Shown here: positions 1-8,839 of the stretch, piece by piece | Layout of the letters: each line of letters begins with the position of its first letter | Position numbering within the stretch: position 1 is the first letter of the stretch | Source: a virus | Lineage: Duplodnaviria > Heunggongvirae > Uroviricota > Caudoviricetes | Length of the DNA stretch: 64,000 bases | Direction: 5' to 3' (one strand) | IMG/VR virus record: IMGVR_UViG_3300027963_000034 | Coordinates: 32,001 to 96,000 of that record | The notes under the pieces: model-generated | The model's database searches: none | What the model was told of the DNA's origin: nothing | What the model saw: only the letters and a program-made list of their open reading frames with translations | Made by a program: the position numbers and the translations under genes

Positions 1-134
1 ACTACTTTTTTTAAGTCACCAATTGCAGTTCTTGCATTCTTTTGAGATACTTTTGTTGTCTTGTTGTGTTCTTCTTCAAATTTATTCCACAATTCTTTCA
101 TTGTTTGGAATAGTTCTTCTTTTTTACTAGCCAT
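1..134 (-). CDS. Small basic protein resembling the histone H1-like (Hc1) family; 3'-truncated by the window edge
   Basis: Not in the ORF track. Manual translation from ATG at 134: MASKKEELFQTMKELWNKFEEEHNKTTKVSQKNARTAIGDLKKV..., similar to the Hc1 pattern (F..E......K....RAR.A...L.K). Confidence 0.55.
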   Translation of the reverse strand, partial: MASKKEELFQTMKELWNKFEEEHNKTTKVSQKNARTAIGDLKKV

Positions 135-160
135 AATTGCTGTTTTTGTTTGTTATTAAA

Positions 161-361
161 TTATCTTCCTCTTTTTTGACGAATTTCTAATTCTTTTAGG
201 TAGTGTGCTTTCCAATAATATTCAACTGAAACTGGTCCATTTCTGAATTTCTTTAAATCATACTTCCATATAGACTTTGATTCATCATCTTCAAATATGT
301 ATTCGAATTTTGTCGGTTTTTCCGTTTTACTTAAGTTTTCTTTAGAAGGTTTTGTAGACAT
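161..361 (-). CDS. Hypothetical protein (66 aa)
   Basis: Co-oriented ORF with AAGTTATG start context; no recognised motif. Confidence 0.6.
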   Translation of the reverse strand: MSTKPSKENLSKTEKPTKFEYIFEDDESKSIWKYDLKKFRNGPVSVEYYWKAHYLKELEIRQKRGR

Positions 362-377
362 AACTTATTTATTAAAA

Positions 378-701
378 CTAAAGTGCGAAAGACTCTCCAC
401 AACCACATGTACGACTTGCGTTGGGGTTTATAAACTGAAAACCCTTACCATTCAATCCGTCTGAAAAATCCAATTCGGTTCCAAAAAGATATAGTAGTGA
501 TTTGTTATCTATTAGTATTTTTACTCCCCTATTTTCTGCTAAAGTGTCAGATGGTTGTTGGTCGGTATCAAATGAAAGGTCATACGATAAACCACTACAT
601 CCACCACCTTTAACTGCCACTCTAACGAATGGAGTTTTGAATCCACTTTCTTCAATGAGTGAATTTAGTTTTTTTGCTGCACCTTCTGATACTGTTACCA
701 T
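378..701 (-). CDS. iscA: A-type Fe-S cluster carrier protein (IscA/HesB)
   Basis: GGGCSGLSY and C-terminal TCGCGESF signature motifs. Confidence 0.95.
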   Translation of the reverse strand: MVTVSEGAAKKLNSLIEESGFKTPFVRVAVKGGGCSGLSYDLSFDTDQQPSDTLAENRGVKILIDNKSLLYLFGTELDFSDGLNGKGFQFINPNASRTCGCGESFAL

Positions 702-1009
702 TATGCGTATTTTAGTCCGAAAAATTCGTAATTCTTATGTACTGATACTTCGTCACCTGCTTTTATTGCCAAATCTTCATCTTCGTAAATTGCATTGACA
801 GGACATTCCGGTTCACATGCACCACAATTGATACAAGTGTCTGGATTGATATACATCTGTCCACCTGGGAATGATGCTCTACCATCTCTTTCAATTTCAC
901 CACCCGACCCTTCTATATCAATCGGGCCGTGAATACAATCTACCGGACATACACTTGCACACGCAGTATCCATACAATCAACACAACTCTTCCCAATAAT
1001 ATAAGCCAT
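701..1009 (-). CDS. Dicluster (7Fe/8Fe-type) ferredoxin
   Basis: CVDCMDTACASVCPVDCIH and CINCGACEPECPV cluster motifs. Confidence 0.9.
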   Translation of the reverse strand: MAYIIGKSCVDCMDTACASVCPVDCIHGPIDIEGSGGEIERDGRASFPGGQMYINPDTCINCGACEPECPVNAIYEDEDLAIKAGDEVSVHKNYEFFGLKYA

Positions 1010-1019
1010 AATTTATTTT

Positions 1020-1430
1020 TTATATATGTGATTCTTCAAAGACTAATTGTTCCAATCCTTGTTTTTGTCTATAATCGTTTATTGCAGATTTGATAGCATC
1101 TTCTGCTAATACTGAACAATGGATTTTAACGGGAGGTAAGTTTAATTCCTCTACCAATTCCATATTGTCCATTTTTACTGCTTCTTCTAATGTCATACCT
1201 TTCAACCACTCCGTTGCTAATGAAGATGCTGCGATTGCAGAACCACAACCAAATGTTTTGAATTTTGCATCAGTTATGATATTGTCATTTACTTCTATTT
1301 GTAATCTCATTACATCACCACATTCTGGTGCTCCTACTAAACCTGTACCTACATTGGATTTTGATTTATCCAAAGTTCCTACATTTTTTGGGTTTTGGTA
1401 ATGGTCAATTACTTTTTCACTATAAGCCAT
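1020..1430 (-). CDS. iscU: Fe-S scaffold protein IscU
   Basis: YSEKVIDHY, GAPECGDVM, FGCGSAIA, LPPVKIHC motifs. Confidence 0.97.
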   Translation of the reverse strand: MAYSEKVIDHYQNPKNVGTLDKSKSNVGTGLVGAPECGDVMRLQIEVNDNIITDAKFKTFGCGSAIAASSLATEWLKGMTLEEAVKMDNMELVEELNLPPVKIHCSVLAEDAIKSAINDYRQKQGLEQLVFEESHI

Positions 1431-1452
1431 AATATATGATTTTGTTCATACA

Positions 1453-1484
1453 TAAATATACGACAAATTTATTACTTTACCAAA
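1453..1484 (-). promoter_or_regulatory. Bacteroidota-type -33/-7 promoter upstream of iscU
   Basis: Minus strand TTTG-N20-TATATTTA. Confidence 0.65.
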
Positions 1485-1487
1485 TCT

Positions 1488-2519
1488 TTATCCAATTTGC
1501 CAAGTCCTCATTCCAAATTTATTCCATGTAAATGGTTGGTGATATCCCATTTTTAATTTGTCTAATGCTTTTATAACATCATATTTTGTATTATTTGGAC
1601 AATAGAAAAACATAAATCCACCACCACCTGCTCCACTTATTTTACCGCCGGTTGCACCCGCTTTTAACGCAGTTTCGTATAATAATTCTATTTCAGGTGT
1701 ACTAATTCCTTTTGCTAATAACTTTTTTTGTTGAAATCCGTAATCCAATATTTCACCTAACCCATGTATGTTACCTTTTATCAAACAATCTTTAATCATT
1801 TTTGCTTGCTCTACTAATGCATGTAATGAAAGAATTGATGTGGTATTGTTTTCTTCCATTTTTTTAACCTGTTCAGTTAAAACATCAGAACTATTACGAG
1901 TAAAATTTGTAAAATAAAGAACTATGTTATTTTCCATTTCATCCTGAACTTTATCTTTTATTCTAATTGGATTTACAATTACATCATCTCCTTTAAATTC
2001 CATATAATTAAATCCACCAAATGCGGCTGCATATTGGTCTTGTTTTCCACCATTCTCTTTTAGTTCAACTCTTTCAATTTGTATTGCCATTTCTGCAATA
2101 TCATATTCACCCAATGGTAAATTAAATAATTCCATATAAACACCAATAAGAGAAACTATGAGAGTAGATGAAGTACCTAAACCACTACCCGTTGGAACAT
2201 CCTGATTTGATACAATATCATATCCAATTGGCTCTATCTTAAATCGTTTACAAATGTGATTATGAGTTGCTTTAAACAACTTTAATCCATATGAACAATC
2301 TAACTCACTACCAAACTCATGCTCCTCAAATTCGTTCTTATTTACCCATTTAAACGTAACCTTTGTATCATCTCTTAATTGTAAAGATGTATGAGTGAAT
2401 AAACGAATGGTGGTATTGATTACCGCTCCAATATGATTTTTTGAATATGATGGCATATCACTACCACCACCACCAAAACTAATCCTGAATGGGACTTTGC
2501 TCCTGTAAATTTTCTTCAT
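1488..2519 (-). CDS. hddA: GHMP sugar kinase, heptose-7-phosphate kinase (HddA)-like
   Basis: PFRISFGGGGSD, PTGSGLGTSS, GGKQDQYAAAFGG, GGKISGAGGGG motifs. Confidence 0.85.
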   Translation of the reverse strand: MKKIYRSKVPFRISFGGGGSDMPSYSKNHIGAVINTTIRLFTHTSLQLRDDTKVTFKWVNKNEFEEHEFGSELDCSYGLKLFKATHNHICKRFKIEPIGYDIVSNQDVPTGSGLGTSSTLIVSLIGVYMELFNLPLGEYDIAEMAIQIERVELKENGGKQDQYAAAFGGFNYMEFKGDDVIVNPIRIKDKVQDEMENNIVLYFTNFTRNSSDVLTEQVKKMEENNTTSILSLHALVEQAKMIKDCLIKGNIHGLGEILDYGFQQKKLLAKGISTPEIELLYETALKAGATGGKISGAGGGGFMFFYCPNNTKYDVIKALDKLKMGYHQPFTWNKFGMRTWQIG

Positions 2520-3078
2520 ATTCTGTGATTTGTCCTCCGTTTTCTGCGTACCAATTTTTTACATTTCTTTCTCCTACTAATAAGAAGAAACAATTGTAGC
2601 ACAGAGGTCTAATGTTATCTAATTTTCTATTATTTAAATTTCCATCAAGGAAGTCAATTAATAATGGCATTTTTCCATCGGTAATTCTCGCTTCACTAAA
2701 TCCACAACTACCACATACTTTTGGTATATACCCACTATCAAATAACTTATTTTTAAATTTGTGTAAAGGATAATGTAGATGTTTACCATCTATCAAATCA
2801 TCTATATGATATTTTTTATTACGAATCCCCTTTGCTCTTTCAATACCAATCCCATGTGGGTTTTTTAAATCTTCAAAAACACCATACATTTTGGCATATT
2901 TTTTGTAGGTATTATACGATATACCCAATGTTCTAGCCGCTTCAAATGCCGAACGGGATTTTTCTTGTGCTGCTCTAATTTGGGATTCTAAAATAGGTTT
3001 AGCTCCTAAACCTCGTTTTGTAATTCTACTATTTTCTAAATTGGGGAAGAAACCAGTTACTTCTTCTTGATTTTCCAT
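2479..3078 (-). CDS. HTH plus degenerate zinc-binding HNH-fold protein
   Basis: SAFEAARTLGISYNTYKKY (HTH-like); CGSCG...LLIDFLDGNLNN..LDNIRPLCYNC (HNH scaffold lacking the His residues). Confidence 0.65.
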   Translation of the reverse strand: MENQEEVTGFFPNLENSRITKRGLGAKPILESQIRAAQEKSRSAFEAARTLGISYNTYKKYAKMYGVFEDLKNPHGIGIERAKGIRNKKYHIDDLIDGKHLHYPLHKFKNKLFDSGYIPKVCGSCGFSEARITDGKMPLLIDFLDGNLNNRKLDNIRPLCYNCFFLLVGERNVKNWYAENGGQITEYEENLQEQSPIQD

Positions 3079-3111
3079 ACTAATAACTATTTAATTATAC
3101 CAATAAGTATA

Positions 3112-3558
3112 TCAAATAAGAATTTTTATGAGTTTGTTAAATGTGTTATCTGGATTATCTGATGTGTCTAAATCTACAAAAAATTCAATAGGTGGTTCAT
3201 AATCTAGTGCAAACTTATCTTCTCTACCTCTCATTTTTTTAGTATGACAATAAATTTCAGTAACCTTGCATTCTTCTTTAAATTTTTCTCTCAATTCTCT
3301 ATATGGTGAAACTAAACTAATTACAACATCATTACCAGAATTATCTAAATATTTTGCAATATCAAATGCTTTTTGAATATTTTTATATCTACCTTCTTTT
3401 GAATAATCTTGGTTTGGAAATAATTCTCTTAATTGGTCCCCGTCAATATGAAATACGGATTTTCTCCAATTCTTTTTGTCAGTTTGTAACCACATTTGTA
3501 ACTTCTTAGCCAATGTTGTTTTACCACTTCCTGGCTGACCTGTGAAAAGGTATATCAT
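3112..3558 (-). CDS. cysC: Adenylyl-sulfate (APS) kinase-like P-loop kinase
   Basis: FTGQPGSGKTT, IDGDQLR, ISLVSPY, YEPP motifs. Confidence 0.8.
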   Translation of the reverse strand: MIYLFTGQPGSGKTTLAKKLQMWLQTDKKNWRKSVFHIDGDQLRELFPNQDYSKEGRYKNIQKAFDIAKYLDNSGNDVVISLVSPYRELREKFKEECKVTEIYCHTKKMRGREDKFALDYEPPIEFFVDLDTSDNPDNTFNKLIKILI

Positions 3559-3561
3559 AAC

Positions 3562-4416
3562 TTATTTCTTTTTTAGTGCGAATTCCGCTGCTTTATGTGC
3601 TTTTGATGTTTTATCGTATTGTAATGCAGATTTGATTTTAATCATCTTACCCGTATCTGGATTTTTAATTTTCTTATTTAAATCCGTAGGTAATAATGAT
3701 TTCAATCTCATATCGATTGGAGTAGTTTGAGGTTTACCTGTGATTGTCTCTTTTTCTTTTTTGCTTATATCTTTCATATCAACTTGTTTTGGTGGGGCTG
3801 GTACTTCGTGTTTTACATGTTGTACTTTCATTTTGATATTTGGATATTTTTCTTTTAACTTTGATACAGCATCTACGTTTTTATGCGAATCATCTATAAA
3901 AAATACATCATTATATCCCTTTTTAATTTTATCTTCTATCCAATCTGCTTTATCTTGTGGGTCATTTGATGCCAATGCAACTACATATATTCTTTCTAAT
4001 CCAATATCATTTAAATAATCTTTAACAGGTTTGTATGCAGCTCTTGCTGTTAATATTACCACCTTTCTTTCACCTTCTGCCTTTGCAACTGTGTTTAATA
4101 ATTTTGTAACACCTTTAATTTCTTGTGGTTGTTTAACTTGCTCAAAATCTGAAAAATCATAATTGTCGCCATCTTTTGGTTCATACACCGCGTATTCTCC
4201 AGGAGTTAATTTTGATTTCTTACCATCACCATGTGTAATGTATATATGAGATTTTGTTTTAACCAGTGTATCGTCAAAATCGAATACTCTTAATTTTTTA
4301 TCAGAATCCGCTTCGTTGATTGATTTGAACGCATTAGCAAATGGATTTGAATATATTTTTCCAAATTCAACTTTCATTCCGTTCCACAACCCTTCTATGA
4401 ATCCGTTTTTACCCAT
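3562..4416 (-). CDS. HAD-superfamily phosphatase with basic C-terminal extension (start uncertain)
   Basis: HAD motifs DFDDT, LTAR, K(ADWI), FIDDS. Confidence 0.75.
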   Translation of the reverse strand: MGKNGFIEGLWNGMKVEFGKIYSNPFANAFKSINEADSDKKLRVFDFDDTLVKTKSHIYITHGDGKKSKLTPGEYAVYEPKDGDNYDFSDFEQVKQPQEIKGVTKLLNTVAKAEGERKVVILTARAAYKPVKDYLNDIGLERIYVVALASNDPQDKADWIEDKIKKGYNDVFFIDDSHKNVDAVSKLKEKYPNIKMKVQHVKHEVPAPPKQVDMKDISKKEKETITGKPQTTPIDMRLKSLLPTDLNKKIKNPDTGKMIKIKSALQYDKTSKAHKAAEFALKKK

Positions 4417-4723
4417 TCAATTGCTTTTTTATAGGCCTTGACTTTTTATGTAGTTCTTCGTTTTCTTTTGTAAGATATTCTACTTTAACACTCAATGCCG
4501 CTACTTCTTTTGTAAGAGCTAAAATCATATTACGAAGGTCATCTTTCTCTTTTCCAGCTGCTTCAAGTAATCCTTCTAATTTAGAAATACGGTCTTTGCA
4601 ATCGTGTCTTACAAAGTCTTCATCCTTTTCTCTTGCCAATGCTCTTTTTTCGTAATATCTCCAAGCTCCAGTTCCACCTAGGACAGTTATTGCGGTGATT
4701 AATACAGAATATAAATTTTCCAT
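4409..4723 (-). CDS. Membrane-anchored coiled-coil protein
   Basis: N-terminal hydrophobic helix (LYSVLITAITVLGGTGAW) followed by a heptad-rich region. Confidence 0.6.
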   Translation of the reverse strand: MENLYSVLITAITVLGGTGAWRYYEKRALAREKDEDFVRHDCKDRISKLEGLLEAAGKEKDDLRNMILALTKEVAALSVKVEYLTKENEELHKKSRPIKKQLNG

Positions 4724-5106
4724 TATGCGTCTTGTTTATCACCTAACTCATGATAGCCGGTGTTTGCTTGATTAATATAATTATGTGAGTTAGTGATGTG
4801 GTCTTGTATCCAACCTGGTAAATTCTTTTCGTTTGTTCCTATTTTACCTTTTAATTCATTTGCGGATTTAATTATACTATCTAATTGGCCCATAGCCATA
4901 GATACTTCGTGGTCTTGTGCAGGTGCTTCTTCTTGTATTTTATGTTTCAACAATTCTGTCATTTTGTTGAATACTTGCTCTCCACCATCTTCTCCTAAAC
5001 GATATGCTCCACCCAATTTTTCATAAACTTTAATTTTATGAGACATTGGAATATTTTTTTCATTTACTGCTTTCCAAGCTTTTGGATTGGTTACTTCAAA
5101 TTTCAT
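4723..5106 (-). CDS. Hypothetical protein, possible head-internal protein
   Basis: DHEVSMA..QL..I...A.EL......LPGWIQDHIT helical module of a type I recall from large phages; IQE site. Confidence 0.5.
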   Translation of the reverse strand: MKFEVTNPKAWKAVNEKNIPMSHKIKVYEKLGGAYRLGEDGGEQVFNKMTELLKHKIQEEAPAQDHEVSMAMGQLDSIIKSANELKGKIGTNEKNLPGWIQDHITNSHNYINQANTGYHELGDKQDA

Positions 5107-5768
5107 ATTAAATTCTTTTGTATATACGGATATAAATATTGAAAAAATTGTTTATGCCCATATTCTGAAAAGTGTCTATCATTATTTTTTTGCCACCACT
5201 CTGGAGTTTTATCTATAAATGGTTTAAACCACGCAGTTTCTCCATTTGGATTTGGTATATGGTGTTCTTTAAAATCTGCTTTTAATTTTGCAAAAGACGG
5301 ATTGGTTGTATCATCTAAACACCAAAAATAAAACTTTTTATTAGAATTTTTTAATGTTCTAAATAAAAAATGAAATTGTTCAAATTGTTGAGTTAAATAT
5401 ATCTGGAACCCTTCTTCATCAAGTAATCGTTTTGTATAAAATTCAATTTCATATTCATATATTCCTTTTTCCAATAATTGTTCTTTTGAATTATACATAA
5501 TATCTACACCTCCATTTTTATAGAAATCGTATATTCTATTAAAAAAAGTCATACCAAATATTATCAATTCGGAATCGGAAATGTTCAAATATCTATATAC
5601 CATTTGTAACATCCCCTGATTTGAAATTCCTGAATATGCATTATCAGCCAATTCAAGACCAAGTTTATTAGCTAGTAAATACGTCCACGTATCTTTTTCA
5701 TCTATTTTAATTTCCGTTGAAAAGTTTTTTGAAAAAGAATCTCCAAAAATATATAATTTTTTATTCAT
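5103..5768 (-). CDS. SGNH/GDSL-like hydrolase or acyltransferase (paralogue 1)
   Basis: IFGDSFS, G.SN block, C-terminal DRH...GH; start moved to ATG 5768. Confidence 0.65.
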   Translation of the reverse strand: MNKKLYIFGDSFSKNFSTEIKIDEKDTWTYLLANKLGLELADNAYSGISNQGMLQMVYRYLNISDSELIIFGMTFFNRIYDFYKNGGVDIMYNSKEQLLEKGIYEYEIEFYTKRLLDEEGFQIYLTQQFEQFHFLFRTLKNSNKKFYFWCLDDTTNPSFAKLKADFKEHHIPNPNGETAWFKPFIDKTPEWWQKNNDRHFSEYGHKQFFQYLYPYIQKNLI

Positions 5769-6459
5769 TTCCAACCAAAGTTATAAAAGATAATGCAGTA
5801 TATCGTTTTAAGTTACCAGTAACTTCCGTAACTTCATGTGCAATATCAAATCTATCCAAATCAATTATAGCAATGTTACCTAATTCAGGAATTACCTTTA
5901 AGTGATTATCTAAAATTAAATTACCACCATTGTTTTCATCATAATTTTCATTAAGATATGCTAAAACAACACATAGTCTACCCGTACCAATTCCGTCTTT
6001 ATGGTCTTTTAATAAACATCCTTTATCATACATTGTTAATTGTGGATTATGTTTAAATTTAGTATTATCATCTAAATCATACATGTATTTAACAATAGGT
6101 TCAAAATTTTTACAATAGTGATTTTCAATAGTTAAGGTAGAATTTCCATAGAAAAACCAAAATTGAAAAATATCTTCTTTTTTAAATTTGTTTAAAAAAT
6201 GGTTTTTGTATTCAGTTGCTTCTTCAAAATCTTTACAATCTTTAAAAAAATTATTGTTATTATTAAAGTATTCATCTGGCTGATATGCGGCATATGATTC
6301 ACCAAACACATCTGCTCTAATACCTTTCATATATTTTTCAAATCCTTCTGTAATTCTAAATTTATAAAATAAATTAAAATCGATATTTTCAAATTCTGCT
6401 AAATTAAAATAACAATATCCTTTATCTTTAAGATTTTGTTTTGCGTCTTGTAATTTCAT
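5761..6459 (-). CDS. 2OG-Fe(II) oxygenase (prolyl-hydroxylase-like)
   Basis: HKD...YLN...GGNL...HEV...R facial triad pattern. Confidence 0.85.
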   Translation of the reverse strand: MKLQDAKQNLKDKGYCYFNLAEFENIDFNLFYKFRITEGFEKYMKGIRADVFGESYAAYQPDEYFNNNNNFFKDCKDFEEATEYKNHFLNKFKKEDIFQFWFFYGNSTLTIENHYCKNFEPIVKYMYDLDDNTKFKHNPQLTMYDKGCLLKDHKDGIGTGRLCVVLAYLNENYDENNGGNLILDNHLKVIPELGNIAIIDLDRFDIAHEVTEVTGNLKRYTALSFITLVGNE

Positions 6460-6460
6460 T

Positions 6461-7156
6461 TTAATCTTGTTTATTTTTTTTATTAAATGGAAACGCTATT
6501 AAACAACATCTTTCTTTGTTATTTATAACCTTTTCAACTGCGTGATATATATCAAAATTTTGCAAGTCAATCATTGCAACCCTTCCAAATTCAGGAACTA
6601 CTTTATAATCAATTTTATCATCACCTCTCAATATTAAATTACCACCATCTTCTTGATTCCAATTTTCATTAAGATATATTAGAATTGAAGCATAGTTTTT
6701 AACAGGACTTTTCCCGTCAATATGGTCATGTAAAAAACATCTATCATTATATAGTGTAGATGATAATTCTATACTAAGCTCTTCCGAATCATCTAAATCA
6801 AAAAAATGTTTAGTAATTTTATCGTATACTTTTTTAAGATTGTTATCTGATACATTATGAAAAAGCCATATTTGAAACATATCTTTATTGGTATTTTTTA
6901 TTTCAGCCAATATTTCTTCTTTTTTATTATTAGCTGCTTCAAATGAACCCATGTCAGTATTAATGTTTCCGTAAATTTTAGTCCAATAATCTCCTGTAAA
7001 GTCAGCTCGGAGACTTGTATAATTTTCTTTTCTAGATAGTTCCGTAGATGATTTATATTTTTCTATGTATTTAAAAAGACTCTCATCAAAATCTTTTAAA
7101 TCAAAGGAGCAATATCCTTTTTTTTTTAAATGCTTTTTAGCTTCATCTATACTCAT
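6461..7156 (-). CDS. 2OG-Fe(II) oxygenase (tandem paralogue)
   Basis: HID...YLNENW...GGNL...HAV...R. Confidence 0.85.
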   Translation of the reverse strand: MSIDEAKKHLKKKGYCSFDLKDFDESLFKYIEKYKSSTELSRKENYTSLRADFTGDYWTKIYGNINTDMGSFEAANNKKEEILAEIKNTNKDMFQIWLFHNVSDNNLKKVYDKITKHFFDLDDSEELSIELSSTLYNDRCFLHDHIDGKSPVKNYASILIYLNENWNQEDGGNLILRGDDKIDYKVVPEFGRVAMIDLQNFDIYHAVEKVINNKERCCLIAFPFNKKNKQD

Positions 7157-7157
7157 C

Positions 7158-8048
7158 TTAAAACTTATTTAATTCATTATTGAAATTGCTTTCTGCTATT
7201 TTTCTAAACTCATCTTTTCTATTTATAAGTTTGATGTTATTTAAGTAATAGTCTCTATTTCTATAAATATAATCTTCGCAAACTATAAAATTATTTAATT
7301 TGAATTGATATATGTTTTTTCCATTTTTATTTAATTTATCAATAGCCCACATTATAAACGTATCTTCAACTCCATAGTGGCCAAATGATTCAGGTATATT
7401 TATAATATCTAATAATTTTTTTGATATACACGTAAACCATCCTCCTGCAAATTTAGAAGTTGGTTGGCCTAATACATTATTTTTTACCAATTGTATAGAA
7501 ATATCACCATATACGCCACAATCCATATATGGGTCATTTGTTTTATGATAATTTAAGGGTTTGTCTAAAAAAGTTTCATTAACTAAACAATCCCAAGTTG
7601 AGTCCCATATTTTAACTATTTCTGGAGTTAAAACATATTCATCAATATTTTCATCTTCAATTGCAGTTATCGCATTTTCCATATAAAAAAGAATTTGTTC
7701 ATCAAATACAACATCAGTATCTAACCATATAAAATGTGTGGCAGTTGGTGTTTCTAAATGTGCAAGTCTTCTAGATGATACACATCCCAATATATCTTCT
7801 CTAATTTGAAAAGTAGAATCAGTTGCCCAATCGGTTAATTTTTTTAAAGAATTAAATTTTTCTATAAAATATTCTTTATTTATTTTGGAATCTGACCAGT
7901 TTACTAAATAATCAGATAGCCCCATTGATATATTAAATGAATAATCTGCGTATAGTGCGAATTTTGATGCTCTTTTTAAACCAATAAGTATTCTTTCTAA
8001 ATCATCTATTTCATATGGTAGTATAAATGTTGTAAAAACTATTTTCAT
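7158..8048 (-). CDS. GT-A fold glycosyltransferase-like
   Basis: FIWLDTD (DxD), GGWF, YGVED motifs. Confidence 0.6.
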   Translation of the reverse strand: MKIVFTTFILPYEIDDLERILIGLKRASKFALYADYSFNISMGLSDYLVNWSDSKINKEYFIEKFNSLKKLTDWATDSTFQIREDILGCVSSRRLAHLETPTATHFIWLDTDVVFDEQILFYMENAITAIEDENIDEYVLTPEIVKIWDSTWDCLVNETFLDKPLNYHKTNDPYMDCGVYGDISIQLVKNNVLGQPTSKFAGGWFTCISKKLLDIINIPESFGHYGVEDTFIMWAIDKLNKNGKNIYQFKLNNFIVCEDYIYRNRDYYLNNIKLINRKDEFRKIAESNFNNELNKF

Positions 8049-8839
8049 TTGTATAATTCTTTTATTGTTTCTTTAATATATGTGTCTCTATCGTACTGAT
8101 GAACTATTGTAAACTCATCACCCTTTTGATTATAGAATTTTCCATCTTTATAAATAGGAGTTGGTTCTGTTATTGGAAGTTTACTCTTATTAATCCAAAC
8201 GGTCCCTAATTGAGTTGCAAATCCTCTTTCTTGTTCAATAAATTCCACACTATGTTTATAATGGTCTAATCTCAATAAAACATTAAATGCAGCTTGGTCG
8301 GATAATTGTTCTGGATTTGCAGTTGTTTTACTCCATCTATAAATGTCAATAAATAAATCTCTAATTGCTTCTCTTTTACCAACAATTGTTCCTGCACAAT
8401 AACTGATTTGGTCTTTCATTCCAAATTCCCATTCCATAGGAAATGTAGTTCCACTATTTACTACTGCCCATGGGTCATCTTTCAAACGGATACATTCACT
8501 AAATGCAAGTATGTCTCGTCTCATCCACTTATTTAACCAATCCGTTGGGTCTTTTTGAAATATTACATCTTTTACATCAGTCCAAATTATTACATCGGTT
8601 TCATATGATTGTAAAAAGGCATACATATCTCTAAATCTTTGTAGAATAATATGTTCTTGTAATTGAGATTGAACTATTAACCAATCCTTTTTGTGTAAAT
8701 ATTCAATAACTTCCTGTGATACATCGTATACCAACATTAACTTTTCACCTTTAAATCCACTTTGTTCAATTGATTCAACATATGGTTTTATGTCTTGTAC
8801 ATTATATTTGGTTATACATCCTACTATTGTGTATTTCAT
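8045..8839 (-). CDS. GT-A fold glycosyltransferase-like
   Basis: WTDVKDVIFQ.DP, CAGTIVG, DQAAFN, VHQYDR. Confidence 0.7.
   Translation of the reverse strand: MKYTIVGCITKYNVQDIKPYVESIEQSGFKGEKLMLVYDVSQEVIEYLHKKDWLIVQSQLQEHIILQRFRDMYAFLQSYETDVIIWTDVKDVIFQKDPTDWLNKWMRRDILAFSECIRLKDDPWAVVNSGTTFPMEWEFGMKDQISYCAGTIVGKREAIRDLFIDIYRWSKTTANPEQLSDQAAFNVLLRLDHYKHSVEFIEQERGFATQLGTVWINKSKLPITEPTPIYKDGKFYNQKGDEFTIVHQYDRDTYIKETIKELYK

Noticed and set aside
4409-4723. Holin or spanin
   Set aside because: A single TM helix plus coiled coil is compatible, but there is no endolysin or lipoprotein partner nearby.
5761-7156. TET/JBP-type DNA base hydroxylases
   Set aside because: Motif spacing (YLN...GG.L) fits prolyl-hydroxylase-like enzymes, and there is no adjacent C5-methyltransferase.
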